This document shows, one piece after another, positions 33,801 to 47,489 of a stretch of DNA of 64,000 bases (positions are counted from its first letter, which is position 1; every line of letters begins with the position of its first letter). The stretch is from the NCBI RefSeq assembly GCF_021028975.2, contig NC_059425.1, positions 28,334,001 to 28,398,000 of the forward strand, given 5' to 3'. The notes under the pieces are model-generated. The model was not told the DNA's origin. It saw only the letters and a list, made by a program, of their open reading frames with translations, and ran no database searches. Source of the DNA: Sphaerodactylus townsendi (lineage: Eukaryota). The position numbers and the translations under genes were made by a program.

Positions 33801-36800
33801 AAAAGAAGGGAACACGCCTGACAGAGTTTAGTGGCAAAAAGCTCAGGGTCCAGAATGGGACAATAGCCCTGCTAACAGTGCAGTCTTGCAAGCCAAGCAT
33901 CATTAGAAGTAGACCTGAAGAGAGAACTGAAGGACATCTTCATCTGCAAACACACACTGAGTGCTGCAAAAAGGGGTGGGTGGGTGGGTAGGTGAGTGAG
34001 TGAGTGTAAGCCCAAACCCCTGCCAGGACACACAAATGCCCCCTGACCTGGTCTAGCAGCATCTTCTGGAGAGCAGCCACTTTGGTCTTGGCTGGTACCA
34101 GACGATCCAGCACTTGGTACCAGCTTCCGATGACTGGACCCTGAAGGGAAGATTTTTGGTCAGAAATGCTCGAGATGCCAGAGTTCATGATGATGGGGGC
34201 TGGTGTGGGGTTCAGCTGAATGAATTACCCACCGGATCTCACAGTAATCCAGGAAGAGAAGCGTCAGAAGAGGCACTAACAGCTCCCAGCCCTCTTCAGG
34301 AACTTTAAATATGGAAGCTGTCAGCCTATTCCCACACTGAACCAGCGGGCTTTTTCTAAGAGAAGACACTCAAGGACAGCCAGCCGTTCCCCTTGAAATA
34401 TGGTTTGTGGCAGGACTTCTCTAGAAGCCGGTGCACAAAATTGTAGCATGTCACCAGAACTCCCGGAGGCTGACTCTTTGCCTCCCACGCTCCCAGCCCT
34501 GAGGAACCAGTGGTGGAAAGAGCCGCCAAAGACTCAGAAGTATCAGCAGCAATTCCCTTTAATTTCTCCTGTACCTCTGGTTCCCAACAGCCAGCTTACC
34601 ACAAAGCAAAAGCCAACGGTCATCATCTTCAGGGTCCTCTGGCCATTGTGTCCAGTCAGCCCTCTCTTTTCCACCAGCTGTTGAGAGATCACATCTCCGG
34701 CACCCACCAGGGTCCCTGTGAAAAATCAGTTGTTCCTCTGAGCTGGTCTGCCCTCTCCCACCAGCTCAAGAGGTTAACACAATAAGGACACAAGCCTTCA
34801 CAAATCTTAAAATATGCACACGTGCCAACCACGCAGGAATTAACAGGGCAAGGAGTTCCTTTAGTCCAGGCATGGCCACGTGGGTGTTCTTGAGCCCCAC
34901 AGACACTGGGCAAGGTTCTTCTGCCAGCCTGTCAGCTTGTAGCAGCTGATTTCCTCTGCTTCCTTGAAATGATGCCTTAGCCATGCTTTGGGGAACCCAA
35001 CTGGTACACAATAGAAACTCTTCAAAAAAGATCTCATGAGAGTCCTGGTACTTTGATTCCAAAGTCAAGTGGTGCATGAATCTCTTAATTCCCCACTCGG
35101 CCACTTGAGCTGTGGAGGCTTATCTGGTGAACGAGATTAGCCTGTGCACTCCAACATACGACAGCTAAGTGACCTTGGGCTAGTCACAGCTCTTCTGAGC
35201 TCTCTCAGCCCCACCCACCTCACAGGGTGTTTGTTGTGGAGGGGGAAGGGAAAGGAGATTGTAAGCCCCTTTGAGTCTCCTATAGGAGAGAAAGGGGGGT
35301 ATAAATCCAAACTCTTCTTCCTCTTTAGATCCATTTTGTAATATTTGCTGCCTCTCCAGACCAAGATAACTCTCTGGCCAAGCTGGAGGCACCAACTCAG
35401 GAGCTGCTGGATTCTGTGATGCCAGCCCCAGAGTTCTGAATCCTCCACTCTAGCCCTGCATCCAAAGATCCTGCCAATGGAATTCAGAGGCCTCAAGGGG
35501 TCTTAAGCAAAGATCTTTTACATCTGCTTACCTGATCCCTTTAGCTGGAGATGCCACAGGTTGCATTTGGGACCTTCTGAATGAAAAGCAAGAGCCTGTC
35601 CCTCAGCAAAATTGGCTGGACTAGGTGCACCTGAACAGGGTGCACCATGTGTACATACGTACGCACGCACACACGCACCCCCAAAAGAAAAGACCTATCT
35701 ACACCAAAAGCTAAGTGTAGGATTATTTCCCCCTGAGCTGGGGCGGGGACAGACAGACAGACAACACAACTGGAAGTTGTGTGTGTAGGAGAGTTTGAGT
35801 CAGGACTGTTTCAGGCTTTACTGACGTCTGGGTTGGGGGGCAGTGCCACTTATGCTGCTTCTGACAAAGCACTTGGCCTCCCAGCTCCTGAAAGTGCCAG
35901 CCAGTGTCTTTCTGACGTCACACGTTCCCTCTTGGAGCCAGCCAGCTGGCAGAGGGGCAAGCCATAGCCCTATGCTCGGAAGAGATTCCAGTCTCTTCAG
36001 CCCCCCCCCCCCCGCCCTCCCCCCAGAGTGCAGACTGTGATGAGCCAAGGGCAAAGGGACCCAGCCACAGCCAAGGATGATGCAGGGTCTGCCAAGTTAC
36101 AAGGAACTGTTCTAGGATTCAGCCATCCTGCTTCAGCTTCCCAGGTATGCTCGGAGCACCAAATCCTGGGGAATCCACCTCAGATATTGAGGGCATTTGT
36201 TGGCTGCCTCACTCAGCACTGTGAAGAAGAAGAGTTTGGATTTATACCCTGCCTTTCTCTCCTGTAAGAAGTGCCAAAGAAGCTTATAAACTCCTTTCTC
36301 TTCCTCTCCCCAGAACAGACCCCTGTGCGACTGAGGCAGTTCTGAGAGAACTGAGACTGGCCCAAGGTTACCCAGGAGGCATAATCGGTAGAAGTAGGGA
36401 ATCAAACCTGGTTCTCCACATTACAGTCCGCCGCTCTTAACCACCACACCATGCTGGCTCATAAGCCAACCCAACTATAGCAAAACAGGGAAAGATCAAA
36501 ACAGGGGTCGCCAACATAAGAACAAGCCTGCTGGATCAGACCAGAGTCCATCTAATCCAGCACTCTGCTACGCGCAGTGGCCCACCATGTGCCTTTGGGA
36601 GCTCACATGCAGGATGTGAAAGCAATGGCCTTCTGCTGCTCCTGAGCACCTGGTCTGCAAAGGCATTTGCAATCTCAAATCGAGGAGGATCAATTGGTAG
36701 CCATAGATCGACTTCTCTTCCATAAATCTGTCCAAGCCCCTTTCAAAGCTATCCAGGTTAGTGGCCATCACCACCTCCTGTGGCACCATATTCCAAACAC

Positions 36801-39800
36801 CAATCACACACGTGAAAAAATGTTTCCTTTTATTAGTCCTAATTCTTCCCCCCAGCATTTTCAATGGATGCCCCCTGGTTTTAGTATTGTGAAAAAGAGA
36901 GAAAAATTTCTCTGTCTACATTTTCTACCCCATGAATAATTTTATAGACTTCAATCACATCCCCCTCAGATGTCTCCTCTCCAAACATAGCACCAAAGGA
37001 CACCATGGCACCTGCTGACACCCCTTCTAGTGCTTGCCAAGTGTTTTAAGGCACAAGCAGGTCCAGTTAGTGCTTTTGCCCAGCAAGGCCCCTGACTGCG
37101 TATTGGAGATTTGATTGGCTGTGCAGATTTTTTAGAATGTTGCTTTGGCGGCAGCTGCCACTCAGCACAAGGATCCATCCTGCATTACTGAACTCAAGCT
37201 GCGGCTGGCTTTTTGTTGCTGTGCTCACAATGACACATCAGAATTCCACATGTGCCTGCCCGCTCAAAAAGGCTGGGGACCCCTGGATTAAAAGTCACTG
37301 GAGCGATCTGGAAGGCTACCGAAAAGGGGCTGCCTGATGGAACACCACTTCTGCCATAAGCACAGGTTCTTCTGATGCTTTGCAAGAATATGTGGGAGAT
37401 CCACGCTTGCCAGGAGGTTAAGCCCCTTCAAGGAGCAAGACAGAAAGAAGGCAGGTGGGATATCTGGAAGGAGCTGTGTCACAGGCGGGGGGCACAGATG
37501 TTAGGGGCAGAGGAGGGGAAAGGCTGGAACTAGAGAGTTGAAAGGCAACTAATGAGTAGTCTTGTAATTCAGGTGTCTTCAACCTGTCAGCCCTGTTTCC
37601 TGGCACTCCCAGTGAGCCACAAGCATTTACTAACACCCTGTTTATCTCCAGTGTGGGGGCTCCAAAGCAGTTTACAGCCTCATATGCCAATGTGTATTTA
37701 TTTACACTGTTTGCAGTCTACCTTTCTCACTTGGACTCAAGGAGGATTACACAGAGTGAGACAATACAATCAACCTGATGGGATGTTCAATAACAATACA
37801 ATAGGATCAGGGGCGCACAACCCCTCGGGAATCTAAGAACAGGACTGAAACAAAGCATAAGCATAAAACATATCCCAATAATAGCCGAGCCGCAGTGTTC
37901 TGTACCAACCTGAGTTTCCAAATTGATTTTGAGAGGAGACCAATGCGCAGTGCATTGCAGTAGTCTAAATGTCATTGGGGTGTGGATCCAAGTGGCAAGA
38001 TCAGCTATATCACGGTAAGGAGCCATCTTTTGGGCTCAGCTGAGTTTGGCGCAAACCTTTTTTTGCAGCTGCATTAACTGCTTCTCCAGCAGTAATACTG
38101 GCTAAGGCTCTTAGTGGTTCTCCACTCTCGCATAGAGATCTTTCACAACACCTGCTATCTGATCCTTTTAACTGGTGATGATGGTGGTTGAACCTGGGAT
38201 CTCAAGCGTGCAAAGCAGATGCTCTACCACTGAGCCATGACCCCCTTCCAATACTGTTGCCTCTCCTCTTCTTATCCTCACTATTACAACCCTGTGAAAT
38301 TGGTTAGGCTGAGAATGCGTGGGTGGCCCAAGGGCACACTGCAAGCTTCTACAGCCAAGTGGGAGATTCAAACCTGGGTCACATGACAGGAAGAGGAGGA
38401 GCCAAAGTTATGACTTCCCTGGCATGGAGACCAGAGGAGCAGGCAGCAGGCCAGGAGCACTGGGAACAGGAAGGCCAAGCCAAGCACCACAAAGCATACC
38501 CTAGCAAGGAACAAACTAATGGTCAAAGCCAGTGAGGAACGCTCTTCGGTGCTGAGTGGAGAGCTCTCCTCTGCTGCTCTTCTCTGCATGAGTGCAAATA
38601 AGCAGGAAGTGTGGTGCTCTTGCTCTCTTAGGCATGTGCAAGAGCAGTTTGGCCTTCCAAAAAGCGGCAGCAAAAATGCAGAGCCTCATGGACTGAGGAT
38701 CTTGACCCATGGGTTGAAGACCACGGTTCAACTCCACTTTCCATCAGTCCCAGAAACACTAAGACCATTCACCTTGCAAGTGCCTGCATAGATTTTGTTG
38801 AGTGGGATACTCACCCCCCAATAAGAGTAGTCCTTGTCCCAAAGGAGACCCCTGGCAGTCTCTCTCTCTCTCGATGTGCCGTCACAGACACTGTGCGTTG
38901 GCTTGGCTTCTCCACTTGCTCATTGATAAATCCAGCAGCAAATGCTCCCTCCCTCTTTTGCTCATTCATCCCTCCGTTCATTCATTCAAACTTCTTCCCA
39001 GATGGGAAGAGGGAGGGGAGGTGGCACCCGAATGACGCAGCTGGCAGGTCTGCCAAGTGTAATGGGATGAGAGTTGGTCTGTGCCAGCCGCACCACCGAG
39101 ATTGACGACTCCCAGGGCGATGACTTCACCCACACAACACTTTGGGGGATTGCCAGCTCTGCTCACCCACCCTCCCTGCAGCAAAGCAGGCCGATTGCAT
39201 GACACCTGATGGATGGTCCTGCTCGGCTGGGGTTGCAACGGTGTGTGGCTGGCTGTCAGGAGAAATAGGGGAAAGGGGAGAGTGAAGACGCAGGTCCCTA
39301 GTAGGATTCCATTAGAACCTGTTCGGGAAGAAAATTTACCCAGCTGGTAACTGTCCCCCAATCCCAGTTAAACTGTTTGCAGGTTGGTTGTGAGGGTGAC
39401 CCCACACTTGATTGGGAATGGAGAACACTGACCCACATTTTAGAAAGGAAAGACAGGACCATCAGGATCGTCTGTAACATACCTGACCACTTTTCACAAT
39501 CTCAACAGGGAAGGAGGGACACAGGCATGGAACATGCAGGTGAGAAGGGAAGATTCTGATCTGATCATTTTTGCTAGGGATTTCAATGCCATTGACCAAG
39601 GAAGGAGGATTAATGTCCATTCTGCATTCAAGCCTCTGAACAAGATGGGCTAGTGTAGATCTCATCACCTCTGAATGTCAAGATCTTAGTCCTCAAGACA
39701 AGAGGAGACACAGCTCAAGAGAGCTACATGCTTGCCTTCAGAGCAGAATTTTCTGCAGATCCAAACTTTTCCCCACACCCTTAAAGCTTCCTAAGTCAAA

Positions 39801-42800
39801 GCTGTATTTTTCCAATTATAGCTGATTCCCACAACAGGGCACCACTTTGCTGTATCTGTGCCCCAAAAGATCAATGCGACTATGTACACTTATAATTAAC
39901 TGTGCACACCTGTTTTGTTTAATTTATCTGCAGCAGAAGGGCACAAGTACTTGAAAACTCCTACTGTGCTTGTATGCAAAACCAGTGTGCTTGTAGGGCC
40001 TGATGGGGCATCTTCATTCCCCCTCATTCCCTTTGCTCCCCCAACCACAGAAGTTATATCCACAGAGGAAAAGCTGTTTGTTTCATGCAGTGTCGTGGAA
40101 TATCTACTACACTCTTGTGCTTCTGGGTTTCTGGATCCTCTCCAAACTACAGCTAGGAGCATATCCTCGAGCACCACCAAAAGGACTGGCTCGGCATTAG
40201 GGCAGTTTCAATCCCTGGAATCACAGTTGCAAGATACATGTTAGAAGGAGATATGAAATTCTTCTGGAGAGCTGCTGCCAGTCAGAGTAGAAAAAGCTGA
40301 TCGGGAAACACCAAGGGTCCGACTCAGCATAAGGCAGCTTCATTTCTGACATCTATATAAAGTGGAGTTAGTTTGGGAAAGGCCACAGTGGACCCCTGTC
40401 CATGTGACAGCCGAGGCCCATCCCACATTACCTGCAGAAGAAGCCTGGCCTTCTCAATTTCCAATGGTGCACAGGTCTCTTTATTTTTTTTTTCCTTAGC
40501 AAGCCTTTATTGGCATAGACAACAGTACAACAATAGTAAAAAATGATTAAAAAACATATACAGTACAGGAAATAAATGTTAAGTGGAGAGAAATCTACTG
40601 GCATTTAGTAATTTCCAAGAGGAAGTCTGCCACTATCATACAGAGAGAAGGATCAGGATTGTCCAGCAAGTAGTGTAATCTAAATAAATCGGGGAGATCG
40701 GGTAAATGTAAAGGAGTAAGATTCACATACTTGGCTCTGATTTCCTTGAATCTGAAACAGTGTAGTAATTGGTGGGCCAGAGATTCAACTGAGCCATCAT
40801 TACACGGGCACAATCTTTTAGCCTTTTCTTGCTTGTTAAATCTGCCATGTAACAAGGCAGAAGCATAACATTAAACCTGGCGAGCATTATGGCTCTCCTT
40901 TGAGCAGGGTTTATTAAACAATACAGGTAGTGCGCCAAGTGGCCCTGTTCAAATGGGAGAGAAAAATACAGGGGGGAGCATGTTTTCTTGGCTGCAGTGA
41001 TTAGGGTAGAGAACTCTCTATCCAATAGTTGACCTTTTAATTTTCTATAGGCTTCTGAATAGGACAAAGGGCAAAGTGAATCCACTGACAGTCCAATAGA
41101 AGCCATTTTTTCTTCGATTATGGAAAACCAGGGGTTGGAATGGGTGTCAGAGAGCAGACAGTGTGCACAGGTCTCTGTGAAGCAAAAGGAACTGTGTCCC
41201 TGCCTTTGCAAGGGGCAAGAGTTCCTCTGTTCTCTGAGCAGAAGACTGACTGTCACGGTTAAAGGAAGACTCACAACTCCAGCAAACACAAGCCAGATTT
41301 TGTGTGCCTGGACAAAACAGGAAGCACTGAGGTGCTGATCCATCTCCTCTGCTGCCAGCATCATGCATCCGACCTCCCTTCCCTGATGCATTTGAATCCT
41401 CATCTTCCAGTGGATGGTCCACAAATTGCATCAAGTCTACCAAACCTCAGCCGCTTTCCATCCCTGGGAGGGGCAGGCAAACTCTACACGTATTTTTTGA
41501 AGGAATGGCAAAAAAGAAGCTTTTGGGCAGCTCTTGACTCCTGCCAGGTTGTTAACCGAGCAAGAGCCACTTCCCCCTCCTCTCAACCTCTCCCTGCTCA
41601 CAACTGGGGGGATCCTCACCTCCCAGATCTAGAAACAACAGCGGCTGGTGTAGCATTGTGAGACACTGCAAGGGGAAAGCAGGGTAGCAGAGTGTCCTTG
41701 AAAAAGGTAGGCGGCTAGTTTGTGCTGTGCAAATGTGGCCTGGAGCCAGCAACCACAGCCAGCATTCACACCTCATACCACCCTCACCCAAGGAAGCTGC
41801 AGTGGCAACCCTTTTAGAGAGATTAAAACTCCAGCAGCTCAAACAAGTCCCTCAGATCAGTTATTTAAGAGCCAGTGAACAGCCATGGCCAGAACACTGA
41901 ACTTAGGTGCGGGGATGTGGTAAAGCATCTCCAGTTAAAAGGATCAGGCAGTAGGTAAAGTGAACAACTTCAGCCCGAGACCATAGACAGCTGCCGCAAA
42001 TCAGAATGGACAATATTGCCTCTGATAGACCAGTGATCTCATTTGTGCGGGTCAGATTCCTGTGCATTCGTGTGACTGTCATCCTCACTCATCCACATAT
42101 TCTATGAACTCTCCTGCCAAGCTCCCATGAGTTGGGATACTAATGAAATAAACAGAAGTTCTTTAAATTCCCAGGAATTTGCATTCAAGTCTTAGGACCT
42201 TTCAGATTTTTTAATGCTGGCTGGTCAAAGAATTGAGCGTTTCTGGTTTGGAAGAGACCTTCTCCATGTAGGCCACTGTCGGGCTTCTAGTACATGCTTT
42301 CCTAGCACTTCACAGGTCACAAAAACTCCAAAGACCTTCTCTACCACCTGATGAAGAAATCAGAACAGCAGAAAGCTGTATCTACAACTTCAAATGTAGG
42401 TTCTAGACACTTTACAAAACACACGACTGATGCATCTCTCCCTCTGCAATTCAAAGGTAATCACATGGAAACTAATTTTAAAATGGACCAGCCACATCAG
42501 AAGAGCTGGCTAGGATCAGCAAAACTCTTTAATTCACTGCTGCCTAGGTCATCAAGGGCTTCAGGGGCCAGAGGAAAACCCTGAGCCCCTATACAAGGGC
42601 CCAAGCTAGATACTTTCTGACTACCAGGTCTACATCCTTGGTACTTGAGTATTTTATATTTAACTTCATTTAAACCCTGTCTTTCTCCAAAGTGGCTTAC
42701 ATCATTCCCTCTGCCATTTTATCTCTGCCACCCAGTTGCATTCTCTGGGGAGGCAACACAAATATTTTGCAACGCGGCACCCATGGCTATTACGAGCATC

Positions 42801-44272
42801 CCGAACACACATCCTGAGTTCGCCTTTGAGTCTGGGCAAACATTATGAAGGCCCTCCCTCTAGTGGACGCTCTGTAGAAATGCAACAGCTGCTACATTCT
42901 AGGGCAGGCAGGCGTGCGCACCTTGCATCTTGTGCTAAAAACTGGTGAGTTGGAAAGGGGAAGCCTTGTGCAATCCCTCCTGATCTACTGAAGTCTGGCA
43001 CTGCAGGGTACATAATATGAGTTGGCCTGAAGTATACAGAAAGGGCAGATGATCTGAAGTGCAGTAAGAATAAGACCCTAAGAGGTGTCCTAATGGACCA
43101 TATCAGTGGGTCAGCTATCCATTTACCCTGTTTTCACACAGTGGCCAATTAATTGCCCTGGAGGGCCAAAAACAGAGCATAAAGGCCTTCCTTTGATTCT
43201 GCCTCCTAGACCTGATATTCAGAAGTTCTGGGCATGAAGGTTCACTGTAGTCATCATGGCTAGTAGCCATCAATGGGCCTATCCTCCACAGATCTATATT
43301 AAGAGATGCTTTTGAAAGCGATCTATGGTGGTGGCCCATCTCCACAACCACTTACACTGAAGATCACAATTTAATAATTTATTGAGTGAAAAAGTACTTC
43401 CTGTTGTCTATCCTGAATCTGAAGTATTGAGCTAACCCAGGACAAAAGAAATGCATTTGCGCATCTTTGATAGACTTTTTTTTTGGGGGGGGGGGGGGGT
43501 TGGTGTTGGTGGATATGTTTTAGTAAGTCCACATTTTCTTACCCAGTAGCATGACAAGCTGCCATTAAGACATAAGAAATCTCCTACAGCCACCCTGTAT
43601 TTGTAGCAGCAACACATTATTGACTGCTCCTTTCCCCCTCCCTCCCTAACTCTCCCCCCCTCCCCCCAGACTTGCAGGAGATCTTGCATCCTTTTGGAGC
43701 TTGGAGGTTTCAAAGGCTCTCTCTTATTTTAAGAGGAAAATGTTGGGCTCATCTCCAGAGATGGCACCCTTGGCTCTAAGGAACCTAAGAAAACTGGTTG
43801 TGGTGGGCTTTCCGGGCTGTGTGGCCATGGTCTGGTGGATCTTGTTCCGAACGTTTCACCTGCATCTGTGGCTGGCATCTTCAGAGGTGTATCACAGAGG
43901 GAAGTCTGTTACATACTGTGTTTAGACTTCCCTCTGTGATACACCCCACAGGCTGTTTGTTGTCAGGGGGGAAGGGCAAGGAGATTGTAAGCCCCTTTGA
44001 GTCTCCTTACAGGAGAGAAAGGGGGGATATAAATCCACACTATTCTTCTTCTACTTACTTATTAAACATGGATTATTCCTGGCTTTTAAAGCAGGTCAGA
44101 ATGAGCCAATGACTGCTTCTGAGCACCAGCCCAGGGACTTTATGTAGCAGGCCCAGCTTACCCTCCCTAAAGCACAAGCCAAGGAGAAATTCTTCTTACC
44201 AGCCGTGACAATCTGTACTTTCCAAGGATGCCTGGCCATCAGCCTCTGGTAAGCTTTCCACAGGGCTGCCAT
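27871..44272 (-). CDS. MPV17: Mitochondrial inner membrane protein Mpv17, complete, 177 aa
   Basis: Coding exons 44200-44272 ([24 protein letters not shown]), 34600-34715 ([16 protein letters not shown]), 34048-34140 ([18 protein letters not shown]), 33473-33568 ([11 protein letters not shown]), 29208-29240 ([11 protein letters not shown]), 28445-28497 ([18 protein letters not shown]), 27871-27940 ([22 protein letters not shown]). All GT-AG; total 534 nt in frame. Confidence 0.97.
28086..28367. mobile_element. hAT-type MITE in the last MPV17 intron
   Basis: Termini cagtggcata / tacacctctg. TSD cccaggtg / cccagggg. Confidence 0.7.
36513..36985 (-). mobile_element. CR1 LINE 3' fragment nested in a hAT MITE (about 36502-37285)
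   Basis: Encodes [43 protein letters not shown]. Flanked by caggggtcgccaac and ggctggggacccctg. Confidence 0.85.
40480..41135 (-). mobile_element. 5'-truncated non-LTR retrotransposon (RTE-X-like) 3' end
   Basis: Frameshifted C-terminus [21 protein letters not shown] / [24 protein letters not shown] (CCHC-type). Followed by gccaataaaggc and an A-rich tail. Confidence 0.75.
43795..43945 (-). mobile_element. Penelope-like terminus with a hammerhead core and a 22-bp hairpin
   Basis: Minus strand reads cct-CTGAAGA-tgccagccacagatgcaggt-GAAAC-gtt. Perfect inverted repeat at 43886-43907 / 43924-43945. Confidence 0.75.
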
Positions 44273-45819
44273 GTTGCCTGCTGCAGCCTAGAGAACACGG
44301 AAAAGAGGAATCAGGTACAGACCACATGCTTGTGGCCGATGTCCCATTTTTAACAGCAGTCACCCTGTCCACGTTTAAATCCAACAGCCTGATAGGCAGA
44401 AATTAGAGAACGTGAAGCTCTTCCTACCAGGGAGATCAAATGACAGAATACAAATCTCCCATAATACTTCTGCTCATCAAGTCAGTGCTACAGTCAGGCT
44501 AGGATCTGGAAGACTCAGGTTTGAAGCCCCATTTGGCTATGGAAGCTTGCTGGATGACCAGTCAATTATCTCTGTTTAACCAACCTCACATAGTGACTGT
44601 TTTGCTGAAAAATGCAAAAGGGGAGAACTATGTTGTATGCTGATTGGGTTCACATTGGGGAGGGAAGTGGGATATAAAGAAACAAATGTGCCCTTTTCTT
44701 GATGGTCTCCTCTCTCCAGCATCTCCCCAGCTGAGCTGGCCCTACATCCTACAGTGTCAAGAATCAGCAATAAATATTCTTGGAATAAGAAATTCTTTTA
44801 ACCTTTTTCACAGAGCTAGACCTTGAGTGCAACTGCTCAGGAGTGTATGTTCTGTTGTATTTGGCTTGCTCCCAGATAAATGAACTTAGGTTATTCTCCT
44901 GCCTTATCATGTTCCTTAGAAGAATGGGGGATCTCAGAGCATCTCTGTTCCTTTTAGTAGCAAAATATTGGCCTAATCTTTGGACACATTAGTCCCAGCT
45001 CCACTTTCTGCAGAGCCCACAGAAACCACACTGCTTGAATGAGAAGTAGCTGGAATGCAATCCTCTGACTTATGTGAGAGCAAGCCCACATTCAATACTT
45101 TAGAAATCTCTTGCAACTGTGTTAAGGCAGCGGAGGACAACTGAGGGGCTTCTATAGCCTGAAGACTATCAGAAAATGAATTCTGCCTCCAACCACGTTC
45201 ACATAGGCTTGGATGAGAAAGTGTCACAAAACCACTTTCTACTCAGGCTATTGTGGCATTCCTAGGACTAAACATTGTTAAATACACTTGAGTAGGATCC
45301 CTGACTGGATAGCTCCAGGCTAGACTGATCTCATCAGAATATCGTTTTCAACAAAAAGAACCAAGGAGAACTGTAATTTCATCCGCCATATGCTGGACTG
45401 TCTTTGTTTTAGAATACTCTGCTTGGGTCCTAGTGCCTACCTAACAGAACTGGGTAAGGTCTCAAACGACTTTCATGTCACCTGCTATTTGGATTAGTCT
45501 TCTAGGCAGTATTAAACAGGTTTTAGGTTTGGATTGTGCTATGCACCAACACAGTTAACCACTCTTTATTTTTTTTGGTCTACGTGATCCTTTTAACTGG
45601 GGGATTGGACCAAGCGCCTCTGGGAGGAAAATATGCTCTGCCACTAAGCCATGGCCCTCCTCCTCGAGCTGCAAATGACCAACACTGCAAATGACCAAAA
45701 TGTAAGCTAAATGCCTTGTAAGAGATGGGAAGGATTGCTTCAAGAGAGTAGTCTGCTACTCTTCGCATTACCCGTCGCCAAAACAAGAGGGGGGGGGGAG
45801 GGGGCAGCATAAAAGGTAG

Positions 45820-46330
45820 CCCCCACCGGAGTACATCTCCCTCGGAAGCCGAGCCACTCTTGGCCACGTTTTTCCGTTGCAATACAGTGCGAGGTGGGGA
45901 GAGAATTGGGGGGCTGCACCTGCCAAGCGGACGGGACGCCTCAGAAGTTAGACCAGCTCCACTTAGCAAAGGCTCCTTCCCTTCCCACCTCCCCGTAGAG
46001 AGGGAGCGCATGCCACGAAGTTGCCACAGGCGCCGGGAAATGACTGCATAGTAGTCCCCGATTGGTGGAAACCTCGGTGTCGTCATCACAACGCGTCGCA
46101 TGCCGAAACGGGCTGGCGGGAAGGTTAAGATTGGAATGCGAGGAGGGGGGATGTGGGAAGCCGCAGGGGAGGCTGGGAAGTCTTTGTTTCCGTTGAGAAA
46201 AGTGGGTTCTCGTTCATTCCCTTCAAGGATTTGGCGTCCTCGTCCCGCCCTCGACTCTTCTCCGTCGACCCGGCTTCGTCCTCTACACGGAGCTGGATTC
46301 CTCCACAGAAGGAGACTCCGCTTTCTCAAG
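45820..46330. promoter_or_regulatory. MPV17: CpG-island promoter of MPV17, probably bidirectional
   Basis: CpG-rich. GCGCATGC (NRF1-like) near 46006, ZNF143-like gggactac on the minus strand near 46051-46058, CCAAT on the minus strand at 46061-46065. Candidate minus-strand donor at 45920 and strong plus-strand donor AAG/gtatgt at 46330. Confidence 0.75.
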
Positions 46331-47489
46331 GTATGTTAAGCAGAGTCCAAACTTTACACACAACAGGTTGAGTGGTAGGTAGTTGAACTGATGGCTAAAT
46401 AGGTTTTCAAGCCTCACTAGGTGGCTGGGACAAAGCAGACAAATTGGGACTCGCTCTGACAGCAGACGGGGCTTTTCCCAATATGGACAATTCACGTTGA
46501 ATGTCTACACTGAATGTAGTTGGGTGATTCGACCTGCTTGAAGAATTCTAAAGAGTTCAAAACTTAGTGTTATTACAATACATCCCACTACTTTTGTTTT
46601 TGGAGTTTGGCCTGGTGGGGGCTCTGCCCCCCCCCCCCAAAAAAAAACCCCTTGCTGCTCTTAAGGGTGCCAACTCAGGGGTATAATGCCATATAGTTTA
46701 CCTTCCAAAGAGGCCATTTTCCCCAGGTGAAGATCACTGTTGCCTTAAGATCAGTTGTAACTCCAGCAGATCTCCAGGCACAACCTGAAGGTTAGCTACT
46801 CTAACTGACCTCACATGGATTCTCCCACCCCCAACACACATACATGTCTGTATAGAATTAGCTGCCTTGAATAAAGTCTGAAAAGTTTTGGAAGTGAGGC
46901 ATGGTTCTCAGTCTCCTCCCTCAATTTACAGAGGAAAACTGCATGAAAGTCAGAGAGATAAACAGGCAGGAACACTCACCAATCTTGCTTTCAACACTCT
47001 GATGTTATCTCTTTGAAGTGCAGATTGCTGTTCTTAGGGACTCCTTCCTGCTTCCTCCTATCTCTTCATCTTGCAAAATGAGGGGAGAGATGTGGACCGC
47101 ATCTCTGTTTATCCAGCTAGTTAGATCCAATTAGAGCTTGCCTCTTCACTTTCCTATCTAGAGTGGAGTTTCTAATAAAGACTCCTCATATTAGTTTGAA
47201 ACTATGAACTGGCTGCAAAACATTTTTATTCTGAGCACACACATACATGCCCTGGTAAGCTTCCTTGTGTTTTGCCATTGTGTGTTCTGCTGTAATATAG
47301 AGGAATCTCAGATCAGAGATACCAACAGGTTATTGGGCTTCCTAGCTGCGTTAATCAATTTGAACTCTGCATGCTACTTTTCTTTTTTGCTTCAGCAACT
47401 AAAGACTTAAGTTTGTTTCCACAGATCAGCTGCAGGCAAAGTGCGCTTCTTTTGTTTACAGAAGCAAGCCTTGCCATTGTACAGAGAAA

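Noticed and set aside
38978-39361. 127-aa minus-strand ORF with an acceptor-like site near 39256 in an MPV17 intron
   Set aside because: No recognisable homology and no partner exons that I could link in frame. It may be regulatory, but that is unsupported.
40723-41424. 233-aa ORF as a novel gene
   Set aside because: Chance fusion of intronic sequence with a 5'-truncated retrotransposon fragment.
45580-46329. 249-aa minus-strand ORF over the MPV17 promoter
   Set aside because: Low-complexity Arg/Pro-rich CpG-island ORF with a non-ATG start. The MPV17 ATG is at 44272.
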